DNA from: Botryllus schlosseri
Taxonomy: Eukaryota
Assembly (NCBI GenBank): GCA_051294905.1
Contig: CM119378.1
Location: 10,478,001 to 10,542,000, forward strand
Length of the DNA stretch: 64,000 nt
Direction: 5' to 3'
Made by a program: the position numbers and the translations under genes. Position 1 is the first letter of the stretch; every line of letters begins with the position of its first letter. The notes beneath the pieces are model-generated. The model saw only the letters and a program-made list of their open reading frames with translations, ran no database searches and was not told the origin of the DNA. Shown one piece after another: positions 12,501 to 27,500 of the stretch.

Positions 12501-15500
12501 GGAATTACATATTCAAAATCGCATCGTACCAACGGGAAAAGAAATTACTTAGTGATTTTTCTATGGAAATGATCTTCAGCACAGGTGAATTTAGTTATTT
12601 TAGTTGGAGGTGAATTGCGTGATGCTGGAAATTTAAAAAGTTCAAAATTCGCTAGATCCATTTTTGAGCAGATTCCTTATGGTAACGTTTTGTACACAAT
12701 AGATTCCTTGGGTACGTTCTACCACTTACGTGTTTACTGGAAATCGTATTTCATATTCCGATATTCGCCAACATATAAACATTCCCTTACAGCTCCGCTG
12801 ATGATATCTAACCTCACACCATTAGTCTCAACCAGTTCAATCGGTTTTGCATTCCATGATGTTGGGAATGCCGAACTTTATGAGGTATCATTGGCGTTGA
12901 TGAAAAACGGGAAAGGAAAATTGATTGAAAAAGTCACGGTAAGTGGAATAACTTGTTTGGTATCTTTGGTCAGCAAATGGCCTTGTTGTCAATTCGTTTC
13001 AAATCAATTGACATCACCATCCAACAATTTAATATCTATTAGCCTTTGAGATTTAATTTGTCTTAACATCGATGCCGTGATTTATGAATCATTCTGGAAG
13101 ATGAACCATGAACTTATACTATGAACACCTTGAAATTGGTTGGTGTAACAAAACAAGTGTTGGAATGCAAGGAAAATAGCTTCTGTGTTAATATTCAGAT
13201 TCCAGCCGGTGGGCATCTGATCTCTGGAAGCTTCCAGATAGAGCCCGCAGAGGGTGCAATGTACAAGATTATGGTGACGACCCTTGCGAATGAGATAAAA
13301 AGTTTGACTTACAATCACTCTTTTGAAATAGAATCACGTAAGAGGAGTCGCAGGCTAAACATGGACAGTGGATACATATCATCTTTCTGTTATTTTTTCA
13401 CAGAATTTGATGAAAGAGAGATAAAGAAACAATCTGGTAAGTTGTGCTTTTAGTAGTCTCACCTAAACTTCATAGGCTGCATGCTGATTTACAAAGCGCC
13501 TGTTTTGAAAAAAAGTGCTTTGTTACCTGATGCATTGCATCATCACACCTCTAGTATACCATGTAAAGGATAGGTTCTATTTCACACTGATTAGCCCTCT
13601 AAGCTTCAATATTGCTTCCAAATCGACTTCTATTTGTTCTTATGAGAATTGTACTGTGAATATTGCAGCATATTCCGATACTGTTTTAGTTTCGTGTTGA
13701 CAAATGGTTCCTACAAGCTTACCACGACCGAGTAACAATCAAAACTTAAGTTCGGTTCTCTGGTCACAGATGTTAAAAATGTTGAAAAACGCCTCATGTA
13801 TCTCTCCAGGTGCAAGACCATTGGAAGCGACAATAATACACACCGACACACGAATCAGAGTAGATATGATACCCAGAGACAATGATTTCCGTCGTTTCGT
13901 TATTACAATACAACGATTTGGAAGCGACAGGTACATAAAATCCACTCCTGCATTTCTTATTCTGGAATAGTACGTTGATATAATTTTACCATTTATATAA
14001 TTCTATTAAAGAGTTCAGAGACGAGTGGTTCAAATGAGAGGAGCAAATATCGACGTGCCTGCCGTATTCATCAATTTGGATCCTGCCTATTCATACAATC
14101 TGAACATCAGAAGTGCAGAGCCAAATTCTGAAACTGAACCTATCTCGACTGTTATCACATTAGGTATGATTGCCATGCGAGCTGTGTTGATATTTGAAGT
14201 TATGTTGGAGAGAGTGATAACAATATTTCTTTTAAATTGACTCAACGAATCGAAATCTGTTTGATCACAGTTAAGTTGACATTTCGATCCGATACCACTT
14301 TATTGTGAATAATTTACGATGTACGGTGTTTTACACTTGTTAACTTAGTAAGAATACATCAAAACAATCTCTGCTCAACAATATTTGTTTTGGGATGCAG
14401 ACCCTCCATTGCCACCGAATAATGTCATAGCTGAGCAAGAAGACGTGACAAAGTCACTCCTTACAATCAAATGGGATGCAGTAACCGGGGCGGAAGGGTA
14501 AGCAATATTTGTCTTTTTTCGGGACAGCAACATATTTCAATTCATTTTTTAGATATGTGATCACAACCATCATGCCAGATGGGGAAGAAAAAGAGATAGA
14601 GTTGACACAGAAGACTACCGTAACTGTGGATTTCCTTAAACCTAACCCGTTGGGGATAGTGTTTATTTATTCGATCAGTAATAACACGCGGGGTGGAGAA
14701 AATACATTTGTACGCATCCAGGCCACTGCTGGTTAGTTCTTTCTTGGATATTCTGAAAATATATTGCAGAAACTAATCCAGAGATGTAGAAATTAGTAAA
14801 TTACTAAGTCGTTGTCGAATCATTTTTAAACTTCTCCAATTTTAGATGATTGACTAAATTATCAATTTTCTGACAATTATGTGCGAGTAACAGAACTCGC
14901 ACTAGCTTTTCATTTTCCTGGAGCAATGGCTCTTAACCTTTAATATCCTGTGCAACCCCAATTGTTTGCTGAGTAACAAAAAGAAAAATAGATCACATTA
15001 CACATTTAACTACAAATATAATACATTGCTATAGATTACTGGTGGAATGAACTGTGCAGCAACAGAGAACAAAACCAATAAAATATTATTTTCGCGAAAA
15101 ACAAACGAAAATAGTATAATGTATATGTATTGTAAATTGTGACCTCTGTTATTCCCTGTCAGAGATCAGCTTGATGAGCAATGCTTCGCCTGAGCAAGAG
15201 CCTTTGCATTGTTCAGTCTAAACGCAACACCTTTGCAGCGTTGCTCTGAGACTGGCTTAGGGAACCTCCGCATTATTTCCATTATTATGTCTTTCAGATC
15301 CTGATACCCCAGTTACAACACCGGCTGTGCCGATAACTCTGCCGCCACCGGGCGAATTGACATTGGCGGCAACAGAAACAAATATTAAAGCAACTCTCAC
15401 GCCAGATACCAGTGGAGTAGTTGAGAATTTTATAATACGGGTGGCTCTCGCAAGAACTCCAAGAAAACCTTTCATTACGAGGGAGGTTATGCCCAGACAA

Positions 15501-18500
15501 GAAACGGTGCTTTTCACACTTCTCCAAGATATTAACTGTGGCATTTTGCCTAAATTGTTGCTCTTTTTTGTTGTAGATTACATTGAATTCTCCTGATTTC
15601 CAACCCGGACAGTTGTATACCGTTACTCAATCGTCACGAATGGCAGGACGAAGACGAGAATTTAACACAATTCGAAAGAATATTCGTCTAGGTATGAGTA
15701 GTTTAAGGTTCAACATGTCGTTCTCTTGATGCTGAAAGAGCTGCGCTCTTCACTTAAATGTAAAAGTCGCACACAAGCACTGGGATGCATCAAATCAAAT
15801 TATATCAAATCTAAGTGGCACTCTTTATGTTCTGTTTACATAAGACTGAATTATTGGTCATAAAAATTTCGAATAAAGCAGTGTTATTATAAAGTTCGAT
15901 TGTGTAATATGAAAAAAAAACTCCTTTTGAAATTGTATTTATTGATGATATTTTCCATTCTCAGATCTTCCTTTACATCCCCCGATTACGGCTGAAGATA
16001 TACAAGAGAGGGTTGTACGATTCAAGCTTACCCCAACAATTGCGGAAAGTTTATATGATCTCCGGGTAATTGAGTTAGGTTATTTAATACTGGCAGTGAA
16101 ATTTCCATAACGAGAAATGTATCTGTAAGATATCGGTTCTTGATAGTTAGTCTCCACCTATTTTGATATGCGATTGCTGAACTAAAATTGTTTCTTTTAC
16201 TTCAAATATACTCCATTGAAACCAAGTGAATAAGATCATATCCTCATTCAATGTGAAATCATCAAAATTTACTTGCCTGCATTGTTTTGTCAAACCTTTC
16301 TCACTCTCATTTCTTTTCGTAATTATTGCCAATATCTCAGATCAAATCATGAAGCATAGTAATTCGACTCCACAGACATTCTGACACCAGGCTTTGAGAT
16401 TTATCGAGACTCGATGACAAACGAGTCTGTGAAGACTCGCCCATTGGTATCTCGTAATTGTCATTTACTTTATATAGTATTTTTTGAATTGTTTTGACAA
16501 AATTAACATCCTTTTACGTTGTGTTTCCAAATATTAAAAGGTCAAGAAAGTGGGTGCCAGAGTATATGCCCGGCAGTTCAAGAATGAAGAATCAACATCA
16601 ATAATAGCACGTGGATTTCGGCCTGGTAGTATGTATGAAGCTGACGCAAGAAGTGTTCTTCGTGGCGTTCCAAGCAGTTGGTCACCTCCATATCAATTTC
16701 GAATGAGTGAGGAAATGAATAAAATATCTTTGCATGGAGGGATACTATTGCGTTTTCTGTTACAGGACCGATGAGAATTGAGCAGTTGCAGTCTACTGAA
16801 ATTACTGGCAACACAATGCGATTTTTGATTACACCCGGAAGAGGAGACTATGATGATTTCAAGGTAAAAATTTATGACTGTTGAAAGTACAATAATCAAT
16901 CTAAATTGGAGATCACTGTGTTTTAACCTCGCAGGTCACACTGACCAGCGCAACTGATCCGTCTAATAACGGGAAAACGTTCGATGTTGGGGCGAATAGA
17001 AGACTGCTTGTGCAAAATCTTTTGCCCGGGAATCGATACACATTCACAGTAGTCACCAGAAGCGGGGATCAATTTAGCAGGAAATTTACTCGAACATTTC
17101 AAACACGTGAGCTATATCCAAAGTTTTTCATAGCAAGAGCTCATAGCCTATTTCCTATTGCAGCTGAAGCTACTCCTATTCCTACAACTCCACCAGCTGG
17201 CCCTCGATTCATGTAAGAATAATCTCCAAATTTCATTTTGTATTCCTTTTTCAATGAATAATATTGGTGCATGTCATTATAAAGTGCCCAGTTTTGTAAT
17301 TGTCAACCATGTCATTTCTGTTGCTTGCAGGCCAAAATGTCACGTGTTTAAGAGAAAACTGGACTTGACCTTCATCCTATCCACAACACAAGGAGTTTCT
17401 AATCAGGATTTTAATTACATGAGAAGGCTGATAATACGGACCGTGGAGGAAATTACCATTGGAGCTCAGGACACTCTGGTTTCTGTTATTGAATTTAATT
17501 TTGAACCACATACACACATTTCTTTTAGAGATCACACAAACAAAGTTGATTTGTTGGCGTCATTGAGGACATTTGCTAGGAGAGGCACGGCCGTTCAGAA
17601 CAACTTAGCCAGAGGTTGCTATTTAATGTGCTACTTTTCAATGTGCTGAATTCTTGCACAATTTGCATTTAAATATATATTATAGTGAGTTGTGTTAGTT
17701 AATGAATTTATACGATTTGTTTACATTTACGTCATATCGGGCTGCAATAAATTGCAACGACGATTTTGTGTATTATAAAAAACGTGATACCATCAAACTT
17801 ATACACAATAAATTGGCGATAACCATAAGAATCTACACTGCAATTCATGGACGTAAAATTGCTCTTTCTATTTGTCTGCCTATCACAAATGTTGAAGTTT
17901 CCAAAATGAAATTCAGAATTAATTCATGTGATTTGAGTCGAATAGAGCTACCGGTTCTCAAATCTTTCCATTCCCTTATGAGATAGGAGCTAAACATGTC
18001 TGCAAAATATATTTTCTTCGCCGTAAAAAACTTTCTTAAAGCTATCGGACTGAAGAAAGTATGCTTCTCAGTCTGTATCCTTGTGTGCGTTTACAATTGG
18101 TTTGTGTGTGTGGACACGCCTACACTCCGATATATCGCCACTACTTTATACTAATACGAGTTCAACACCAGGCATTGTAATGTATATTGCAGTGATAACA
18201 GCTGTTCTTCAGGAAATATTGTAAAAATGTTATTAAAGTTTTCAAAGAGTCAAAAAATTTTGTGCCGACCATCGTAATCTTCTGGCAAATTTTTTGTAGT
18301 TCGATTTTTTATACAACGTCCCTTGGTGAATGCTAGACTACATTATATAAATTATTAGTTGGATTGTGTCTCTGCCATATCAATTCGCCAAGCTCTTGCC
18401 GGCACTTTCCCTATCTCTGCTTTCTTGGTGCTTATCAATATTTTGATTATGTCAAATTTACATGCTTGATCGGTATGCCAAAAGCTTTTCTAGAATATAT

Positions 18501-21500
18501 TCCTTCGCTATCGTATGCCAAAGCGGAAGTTCAATTGGTAGACTTCACCAAGTCTATTTTACATCTTACCGTCCATTAGTATTAATAGAGGAATGAAGAA
18601 ATGTAGTGAAATGATGGATAAATACCTTTTTTCTTTCGTTTTCAGCGCTCACCATGTACAATACTCTCATCAACAGACAAGGACGATCAGATTCTGCAAA
18701 AATGGTGTACATGATTTTGAACAAACCGCCATCAGATCGACCGAGTATTGCTCTACGGTAAATTAGAGGGACAGTTTCAATGCTTTCATTTGTAGATGCA
18801 GCTAAAATCTCTCTCTATATATCTCACGCACAGAAGTGGTCAGTAACAAAGTACATCTACTTTTTGAAGTGCTTCAAGTAGATGTTGCCCGCTAGCACCG
18901 CTACGTGGTATAATTGGATGTTTTGCAAAGTAACTTTAACTATCAAGCAACAATATTCTTGTTCAGTGGTTTTCAAATTGCGGGGTGTGAAGCTGCGGTC
19001 AACTGGAAAGATATTGCGCTCCGCGCAATTTTCCTCCAATTCACAGTTATTGCTCTGTGTATAGTCCACATTTCATATTTTAAAATTCTCTCATCAACAA
19101 TCATAACATTCCCTGCCATCAAACCAACCGTTGCTTGTATTTAGGTGGAATGTGGTGTCTAAAAAAGTTTGAGAATCACTGTTCTAGTCATTTATATTTC
19201 CGAACTGACAGGACGCTGAAGGGTGGGAACACCTTGTCAAGTATTGGAGTGGGAGATGAAGTTACCACTTCTTTATTGAAACAACTTGCAACAAACGATC
19301 AGCGAGCTGTTGAAGTCGATTCTTATTTATTGCTTGTCAGTGAACAATTCGTTCGCGACATTGTACAAGACATCGATTGCAGATATGACCGTAAGTCATT
19401 ACATTTGTTTCAGGAATTTATCACACATTCATAGGTGTTTATTTATGTTTGGGATGAAATAAAGATTTCCTGCCTATTGTACAGCCCACTTTCAGTACCC
19501 GTAAAGCAACCCAGAGTTGGCATAACATGTTTTGCATCTATTCATTTCAGAAATTCCGCCAGAAAAACCGGAGAATTTGGAAATCACCAATGTAACATGG
19601 AACTCATTCTTTGTGAGATGGCAACCGAATGATAGATACGACGTAAAAACCGATTTGTGATAGCATATCGTCGAGTATAGGCTCCTAATTCTTTTGTTCA
19701 GGGATACGGTATACAAGTACGGCATTTGGGTTTGCCTTCCAATCCAATACCTCCTGCAGACGCCCACACTGTGGATATCTTGGATAAACCAGAGAAATTA
19801 GTTCAAGGATTATTCCCCGGAACTCTTTACAGAGTGATTGCCTTTAACCGAAGAGGAATGGTCGATTCGGAGACGGTATCAAAAGAGGAAACAGTCTGTG
19901 AGTGGCAATGAACATGATTTCAAGCACTACTAAATGTAGTGCTGAGAATATCACTTACAAATATATTATGAAAATTGACGATGAAATTATCTTTTTTACA
20001 CTCAGATCCTTTTGCTTTGGGTTTGATGCCTTTCGAAATTGGACCAACTTCAATCAAAATGAGATATCATTCGATTAGTGGCAATGTGGAGCAATATATG
20101 ATTACTATTGCCCGGGCGGACAATCCAGATGTAATTCTCATGGAGCATTTGGTAAAAACTAGTTTTTAAAGGAGTACTCGAATAACTATGCCAGTATTGA
20201 TGTGTGCAGGGCGATGGAACGGAAGACATTGCAAACTTTGCACAGCTTGAAAAGGACACACTGTATGTCATCACCGCCTCCGCAATAAGTGGGAAGAGAA
20301 CAGGACAAGAGAGGAAAGTGTATGTTAGAACCATGGCAGGTAGGTTGCCCCCACAATCAAATGCAAAAGGGCATTGTACTGTGAATCACCATATCTTCTT
20401 CCAACAGACGATATTACTCTGAGAGAAATAGAGGAAATGTACTGGGAAATAGGATCTTTGGTCGAGAAAGGTAATATATAAATATTTCGATTGAAAACAT
20501 GTTGAAATTGCTCCCGCTCAAATCTATATTGGTTAGCGACTATGTATGAATATGGGAAACCTGTAATGTCCAGCTCATTTTGACTACTTACACACATTAT
20601 ACAAATTGAATCGTCGCTTTACTTATTTGATGGACTGTACATCGTAAGGTTATTAAATCGTTTGCTGATACTTTGTAGATCAATGAGTTGCTGCATCATC
20701 CTAGAGTTGGCATGGATCAAGTATTAAATGTCCCCATGATTTTCCTCTGTATGGTTGCATGTTCTGGTTTTCAGGTGAATACGAATATAGAATTGTGATA
20801 ACACCAGTGTCGGTTGGTTTGAATATGACAAAGAAACCGAACGACAGTGCAAGCTTTTATGAAATCCAGCTGATATCTTCCAATGGACAAGTCATGGCAT
20901 CCACATTAATTTCACCGGTGAGTACTTCGGAGAAGATATAATTTTCCAGTGCGGTTTCTTGTTAGGTTAGATGGATTAAAGACGCTATTTCTAACTGCTT
21001 CAAAAATTACTTAAGATGAAGGAAATACTCAGATTGGCATTACCTCTCCGGTGATATTGCAATAATTCAATAGCTCTTCCATCAGAAGGATCCATTTCAA
21101 ATTGATTGTTTTGCATGGCTCACACAATATTTTAAAGTAGTGGTCGGTAACCTGTTTTGACACGAAACCCACTGTTTTAAAGGATACTTATCATATTGCC
21201 ACAATGATGTTAATGACGGATATTTACTAAAACTCCACATCATTTTGAAGGGGAATACTTTTAAATCTATCCCGAATCTACAACCGGGAAATTTATACAC
21301 ATTGCGAATCGAGCCTGTAACAACGAATCAGTCATCAACGCCTTCGGTTTTGGATTTCAGAACACGTAATTATCTATCTGTTTGAGAGTGGGATTTTTGT
21401 GATTAAAGCTCATATCTTTTCACAGTTCCTTTGCCCAGACCAGTCAATGCTTCAACACGCTTTAATCCTGATGGATCCTTTGTTGTGAGTTGGGACTCGG

Positions 21501-24500
21501 AATACGGAATAGTAAGTTCCCATGATTTTTAAACTAGAACATGCATTGTATTAATTGATTGTCATCATTTTGATAAATTCCTATTCTTACGTTTTTGTGT
21601 TATGAAATTTATCACATCTTTTCCAGTTCAGTTATTCAGTATGATGCTATGAGAAGTATTTCTTTGAAGCAATCAAAATTGATATATAAGTTTTGCAGTT
21701 TTCAAGAAAGAAATACACCTACTAATCATGTGCTTGAATTTGTGATACTTTCCAGACATTCACCTGTGAGGTTTATTTGGGAGAGGAAACCGGAACCGAA
21801 AACATTGTTCACAGCTCAACGAATATGAGAACTCCTCAATGTATTGTACCGTATCCTGGCTTAGGATTGTACAGAGTTGAAATGAGAAATCATAGAGGTA
21901 GTGCCACCTCTGCAGTAGCGAATACTCCTGTCCGAAGTAAGTTTCAAGGGCATGTGATTTCAACAAAAAAAAAAACGATTAGGAAAGAGTGACTGTATGC
22001 ATAAATATGTTCCACCGATTCAATATTTTGTGTTCGAGTTTAAATTTGAATTTCCTATTAATCAATGAAACTCAATCTCTGATAAAATGATGTCTTATTC
22101 AGCATAATTATCTGGAAGACATATATTTGGTGTAATATCCAATATTTAGTTTGCTTATTGAAATAACTAGAATTAAAATGTCCATACTGCCATCTCTGAC
22201 AAAAGTACATTTTTCATGTTCATTTATTCATAGAATATGTGTATCTGATGAACTAGCATTCTCTGTCTCGTATTTAACGTTTTAAACATCATTGCCTCGC
22301 TATGTGTTTGCAATCTTTGTTTTTGTGTTTAGCCCGGAAACCTGTCATCCCTCTTCCTCTGAAGGATATGAACTTCAATGAACTTCTAAATGGAGATATA
22401 AGGGTCAGGTTTGAGCCTAATTATGAAGATCTGACAACAGTATTCAACTTCAACTTCTTGTTGACGGAAGTGAACCAACCTGGTCGAGTGATAGAACGTA
22501 GACAGGTATGTAGCTAATAGTTCATTTTGGTGGATTGCGAATATGTGCCATGTATATTTGCTTCCATTTACAACAGTTGTGACATTATTGTGATCATTAT
22601 AAATTTTTGTCGGGTTCATACTAAGACGCTTTTACAGGAAATACTGCCCAAATGTTCATAATTTAATTCAAGATATAGTAGTACGTAGTACTGGTCAAGT
22701 GGTCATCATTCATATAAAATATTACATGAAATGGAAAAAAATGCCTAAAAACGTCATTCAACTATCATGGGGTTTACATAGCAATGTACCAGAACAAAGC
22801 ACTATGTAAATTGCTTAATTTACTATACTAAATACAGAAGAGGTTATATTAAAGGGGCACTGCGATCTAAAAATGATGTGGTCTCAAATTGAAGGTAAAA
22901 ACGAACAAAAATTTTTGGCCGCAGCCATTTCCTTCAGAACGCCACCGTAATGGAGCAGCAATTTATTGCAATTTCTACAAGACGAGCTGCCGCGGCTGCT
23001 TAACCCGTTACATGGCACGATGTCTTCATCGTCGCACTTGTTCGACGCGATAAGGCAGTCACGCAGAGAATGAAACTTAGACACATTTCCTTCATAACAT
23101 CGGCTGACAACTATCTAAAATTCGTTCTCTGCGTGACTGCCTATAATCGCGTCGAGCAAGTGCGACGGTGAAGTTATCGTGCCATGTAACGGGTTAAGCA
23201 GCCGCGGCAGCTGGTCTTGTAGAGATTTCAATAAATTGCAGCTCCATTACGGTGGCGTTCTGAAGGAAATGGCTGCGGCCAAAAATTTTTGTTCGTTTTT
23301 ACCTTCAATTTGACACCACATCATTTTTAGAGCGCAGTGCCCCTTTAAAAACCTTTAATTGGTGTGAATTTGCTATGACAGGAAAATCATAGTATAAGCA
23401 ACTGTCAAGGTTATGTTTTATCACAACCTGTCCCATGGAATTGTAATATTCAGGTGCCTGTTGTGAGTGGAATCGTCAATCAGACTTTCGTACTGGAGAG
23501 TTTAAAACCAGAGACTATTTACAATGTTGATGTTACTGGAAATACTACACTTGGAGTATCTGAAGTTCAAAGATATCGATTTCGCACTGGTATGTTACAC
23601 AATTTAGATTTTCGTATGTATATTTTTTAATTCCAAGTAGCGAGCATGATGTCACTTTAATTTCCAATTCAAGGAATTTAAATCTCGCAGGACAGTTTAA
23701 TGTAATCACCCATATAATCCATTTAAAAAACTTATCGCGGAACTAAACTTGAATTCTTTAAAAGTTTATGCAAAAACCCGAAGATTTTCAAGCTGACACT
23801 CATCAGGGTCAATCGCCAGCAAATGATGAAATTTTATAAACATTGCGCACAACATTGTAAACATACATACAGTGCCGTCAACCAATTATTATGTCATAGC
23901 AACAATTACAATATGAAAGGAAGGCAAACCGAGGGAACAATCTATTTATCATTGTTTGTGCAGATAGTTATTTTTAATTTCTTCACATCTACAAGAAAAA
24001 TTGGGAATTTCTCGTGCGCTTCCAATGAGAAAATAATCTCTTCAATCAGAGATGTGCAACCTCCAGCCCACCAAGAAAAACTTTGCAGCCAGAAAATAAA
24101 TGCAATTATAGGGATAGTGTAAGGCCTTCTAATGAGTTTCTAATTTAATTAATTCATCAAATTCCTTTGCACTAAGCTCAAGCGGGCTGAGAGGAGAGCC
24201 AGAGTACACAAAAAATCATTACCAATGTGTGCTGACTTCTCACTTGAATTTATTTTACAAAATCTATTTAATAACCTGAATTTTATATTTGTACTCCGAG
24301 CTCTTTTATCTGCTATTCAGGATTGATATGATATGAGTAGTCCAATATCGAATATTATTGAAGTCTTGCTATCAAAATTACCAACACTTAATGAGGTAGT
24401 GAGCCTTGCAACTACTAAAAACCATTGTCAAGCCCGCAGCATTATTCATATTTTGTAGAACCAAGTTGCTACGGTAGGCTAGTTAGTGCTTGCCAAGTCA

Positions 24501-27500
24501 TGTGGGAAATAGAAATGAAAAAATGATTAGTGAATGTATTAAGTGTGAAGATACTCCAAGGTATTTCTCTACAGGCATCAGAAGATCACCGCCAGCAAAT
24601 GTTAAATATGACTATTCTGCACCAAATTCTTTATCCGTTGCATGGGATGAAGCTGACAAAGCAGACGTAAGTTGTGATGTGATCGGTATTACTATTCCAT
24701 CTATTCACCTTTGCTTGTCTGGCAGAACTACTTCTGTCAGTTACGTGAGGTTGATGCTGCTGAAGACACTTCGATACTGCGTGCGCGTATTACTGATGCC
24801 GTACGTCCAGAATGTAAATTTGACGTGGTACCCGGATTGAAGTATACTGTCACTATCGCTAACATCTACGATCGGCGACCGTCTGAACAAGTGCATAAGG
24901 ATATGAATATCGGTGAGATTCTGTAGTGCATATCAATGATTGCATTTCTTATACAATTGAAATTTATGCATTGAGAATCAATTTGTAATAATGTGACCTT
25001 GGTTTCATCAGCCCATTCAATTTTCTCACAAATGCGCCAGTTAAAACGATAAATTATCCTAATACAATATACAAGATAGAACAGAGTGACTGGGAGAGAG
25101 ATTATTATATGGTACGTGATGCTGAATATAACATATTGCATTAGTTTGTTTGATCGATACAATATTGTGATGAAATTTTTGTTCCAAAGAAATTTCTTAA
25201 ATCCGATGTGCAATTACTGTGAAAATGAGATATGGATAAAATTAATTTTCAGCAATTAATATTTTATTTTACATTGGGGTCATTACGTTCAATCCAGGTG
25301 TTAACATACAACAGCTGTATTTAATAGTTCGAGACTGAGCAGTACCTGTCAAATGTCAATATATTAATTCTCATTGAATACTATCAATACCCATATCTTG
25401 TTATGAAAAGAATGAGCTGATACTTCTTTAAACCAATTTTCTGCATGGACATGGATTATACTTCTTTTCAGTTCCTTTGCCTTTAACCAAAATAACTCCG
25501 ATGTCTGTTCGAGAGGAGGGAATTCGTGTATCTTTCAGGACACCACCACGTGTAGTTTTTGATGCTGTTGAAATTACAATAGCACGAGAGGACTCGCCAG
25601 ACGAAATCATCGACCGAGTCACGGTTTGCCAGAATTCAGGAGTCAGTTTTTCCAATTACTGATACCGTTTCGGTATCTTTTACAGAGAACGATTGAAAAC
25701 GGTGCTATTAATGGAGTAGTCGATTTTAGCAACCTCGATCCTGCAACGAAATATGTTATCAAAGGAATCGTTAAGAGTTTTGATATGGAGAGCGAGCCTC
25801 TGGTGATTATTCAAGAAACAGGTAGAGTCATTATTTTAGATTCAAAAGTATATTATTGCCATTGATATTTTATACGATCATGCACAGAAGTCGAAAGGGT
25901 ACCCCCTACTGGTGTGGAATATCAATTGGAACAGCCAAATACAATGAAAGTAACTTGGGAGCTACCAGAAGGGGCAGAAGTATGAATTTGACAGTTGATG
26001 ATTTCTTTGCAATCCTTTCTTGAGTATAATTTATGAATATTCTGTAGTTTTCATTCATAGTGGTGTAAGTTCGTTGAAGAAAATTGGTCGGAGAGCTACT
26101 CCTACTTTAATTGCACCTTAAACCACTAGCAGGATTAGGTTCTACATTACCGAAAGTTTTAATTTAAAGTAATGGCCCATTTCTTTTTTATTTAAATTCT
26201 CTATTTAATATCTCATAACGTGATATATGTACTGCTGTGCAATGTATTATGCAAGCACGTTGAATGTCAGAATGTTCTGACATCTTTGTCTGAAAAAGCG
26301 TCAGTTAGAATAGCAGGATTCATTTTATACATGTATATTCTAAATGACTAGGATACTCACACTTTCACAATGTATTTCTCTGTTTTTTTTTTATTGATAC
26401 AAATCATCTTGTGTTATAGCGATTTTTTTGTCGAGCCGCTGAGATCGACCAAACTGGTCAAAATCCGCCATCTACAAGATATCAAAGTGCCTTATTGACA
26501 ACTCCAATATGCCAATTCCCTGTCCGCCCTGGCACAGTTTTAAATATCTCAGTCGCAAACATTTATACGCATGGCATGTCGGAGAGAGTCTCAGAAGTAA
26601 AGGCAATCGGTAAGTCAACTTAACATATATCTTAGAACATTTGCATATAATACGTTGAGCTACGTTATAAGTGCAACAATGATACCAGTCTGATTGATCC
26701 TGGTCATATCCTGACAAGTCATATATCCAAACTCGCAATTTAAGCAGAGGTGGTCAAAGTAGCGAAGAAAGCTACTGAAGTAGAAGTAGCGACGAAAAAA
26801 TCTACTCAAGTACGAGTAGAAGTACTTCTTCCATAAGCAATCTGAAACTACTTGAAGTAGAAGTAGAATTTACTGACTTTAAATCTACTCAAGTAAGTAA
26901 GTAGTTTTGAAAACAGTCTTGATTCGTTCGCATGGGTTGTCAAAAGCTGCAAATTGAGCTATATGCGGATAGTACGGAGAGCTTGATTCGTATTGATGTA
27001 TCCCAGGAGGTATCAATTTTCGACAGAAGCATTCTTTCGCATCATGGGATGCAAATTATAGTATTGATATGAGAATGCGATACTAACTTTTTGTTTACTA
27101 TAAGACCCCGTTTTAGAGAATATCATGACATGGCACCCTACCCCATATTATAAGGCTTCCGGTTTAGGCGAAGTTGTATCGGATGCGATTTCAACACTTT
27201 GCGCGATTGGTATACGTTAATAACAAATATTGTGAATCGTAAAATTAATATTTGATGTAGCTTTATTTTCGGAAAATAAGGGCATTACTACACTTTCTTT
27301 CATGCTTTAACATGTATGTTCTGCAGACAAAAGAACTGAAAGTAATTAGAACTCAAAATATGATACTCGGAATTAAACTAAAATAAAATATATATTTCAT
27401 GTCTTTTGTCCATAATGCTTTAAAGGTGATCTGCGAAAACAGGTTTAACATTAAAAAAGTCGGATTTTCCGGATTAGCAAGACACGTCATGGGCTGCTAG

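Noticed and set aside
12585-12792. Intron open in frame with the next exon (ORF 12585-13049), suggesting intron retention
   Set aside because: The intron is 208 nt, and the upstream exon's frame hits TGA within it.
23960-24060. Minus-strand SAREIPNFSCRCEEIKNNY as a third death-domain relic
   Set aside because: It is short, stop-ridden and needs an insertion to align; indistinguishable from chance by eye.
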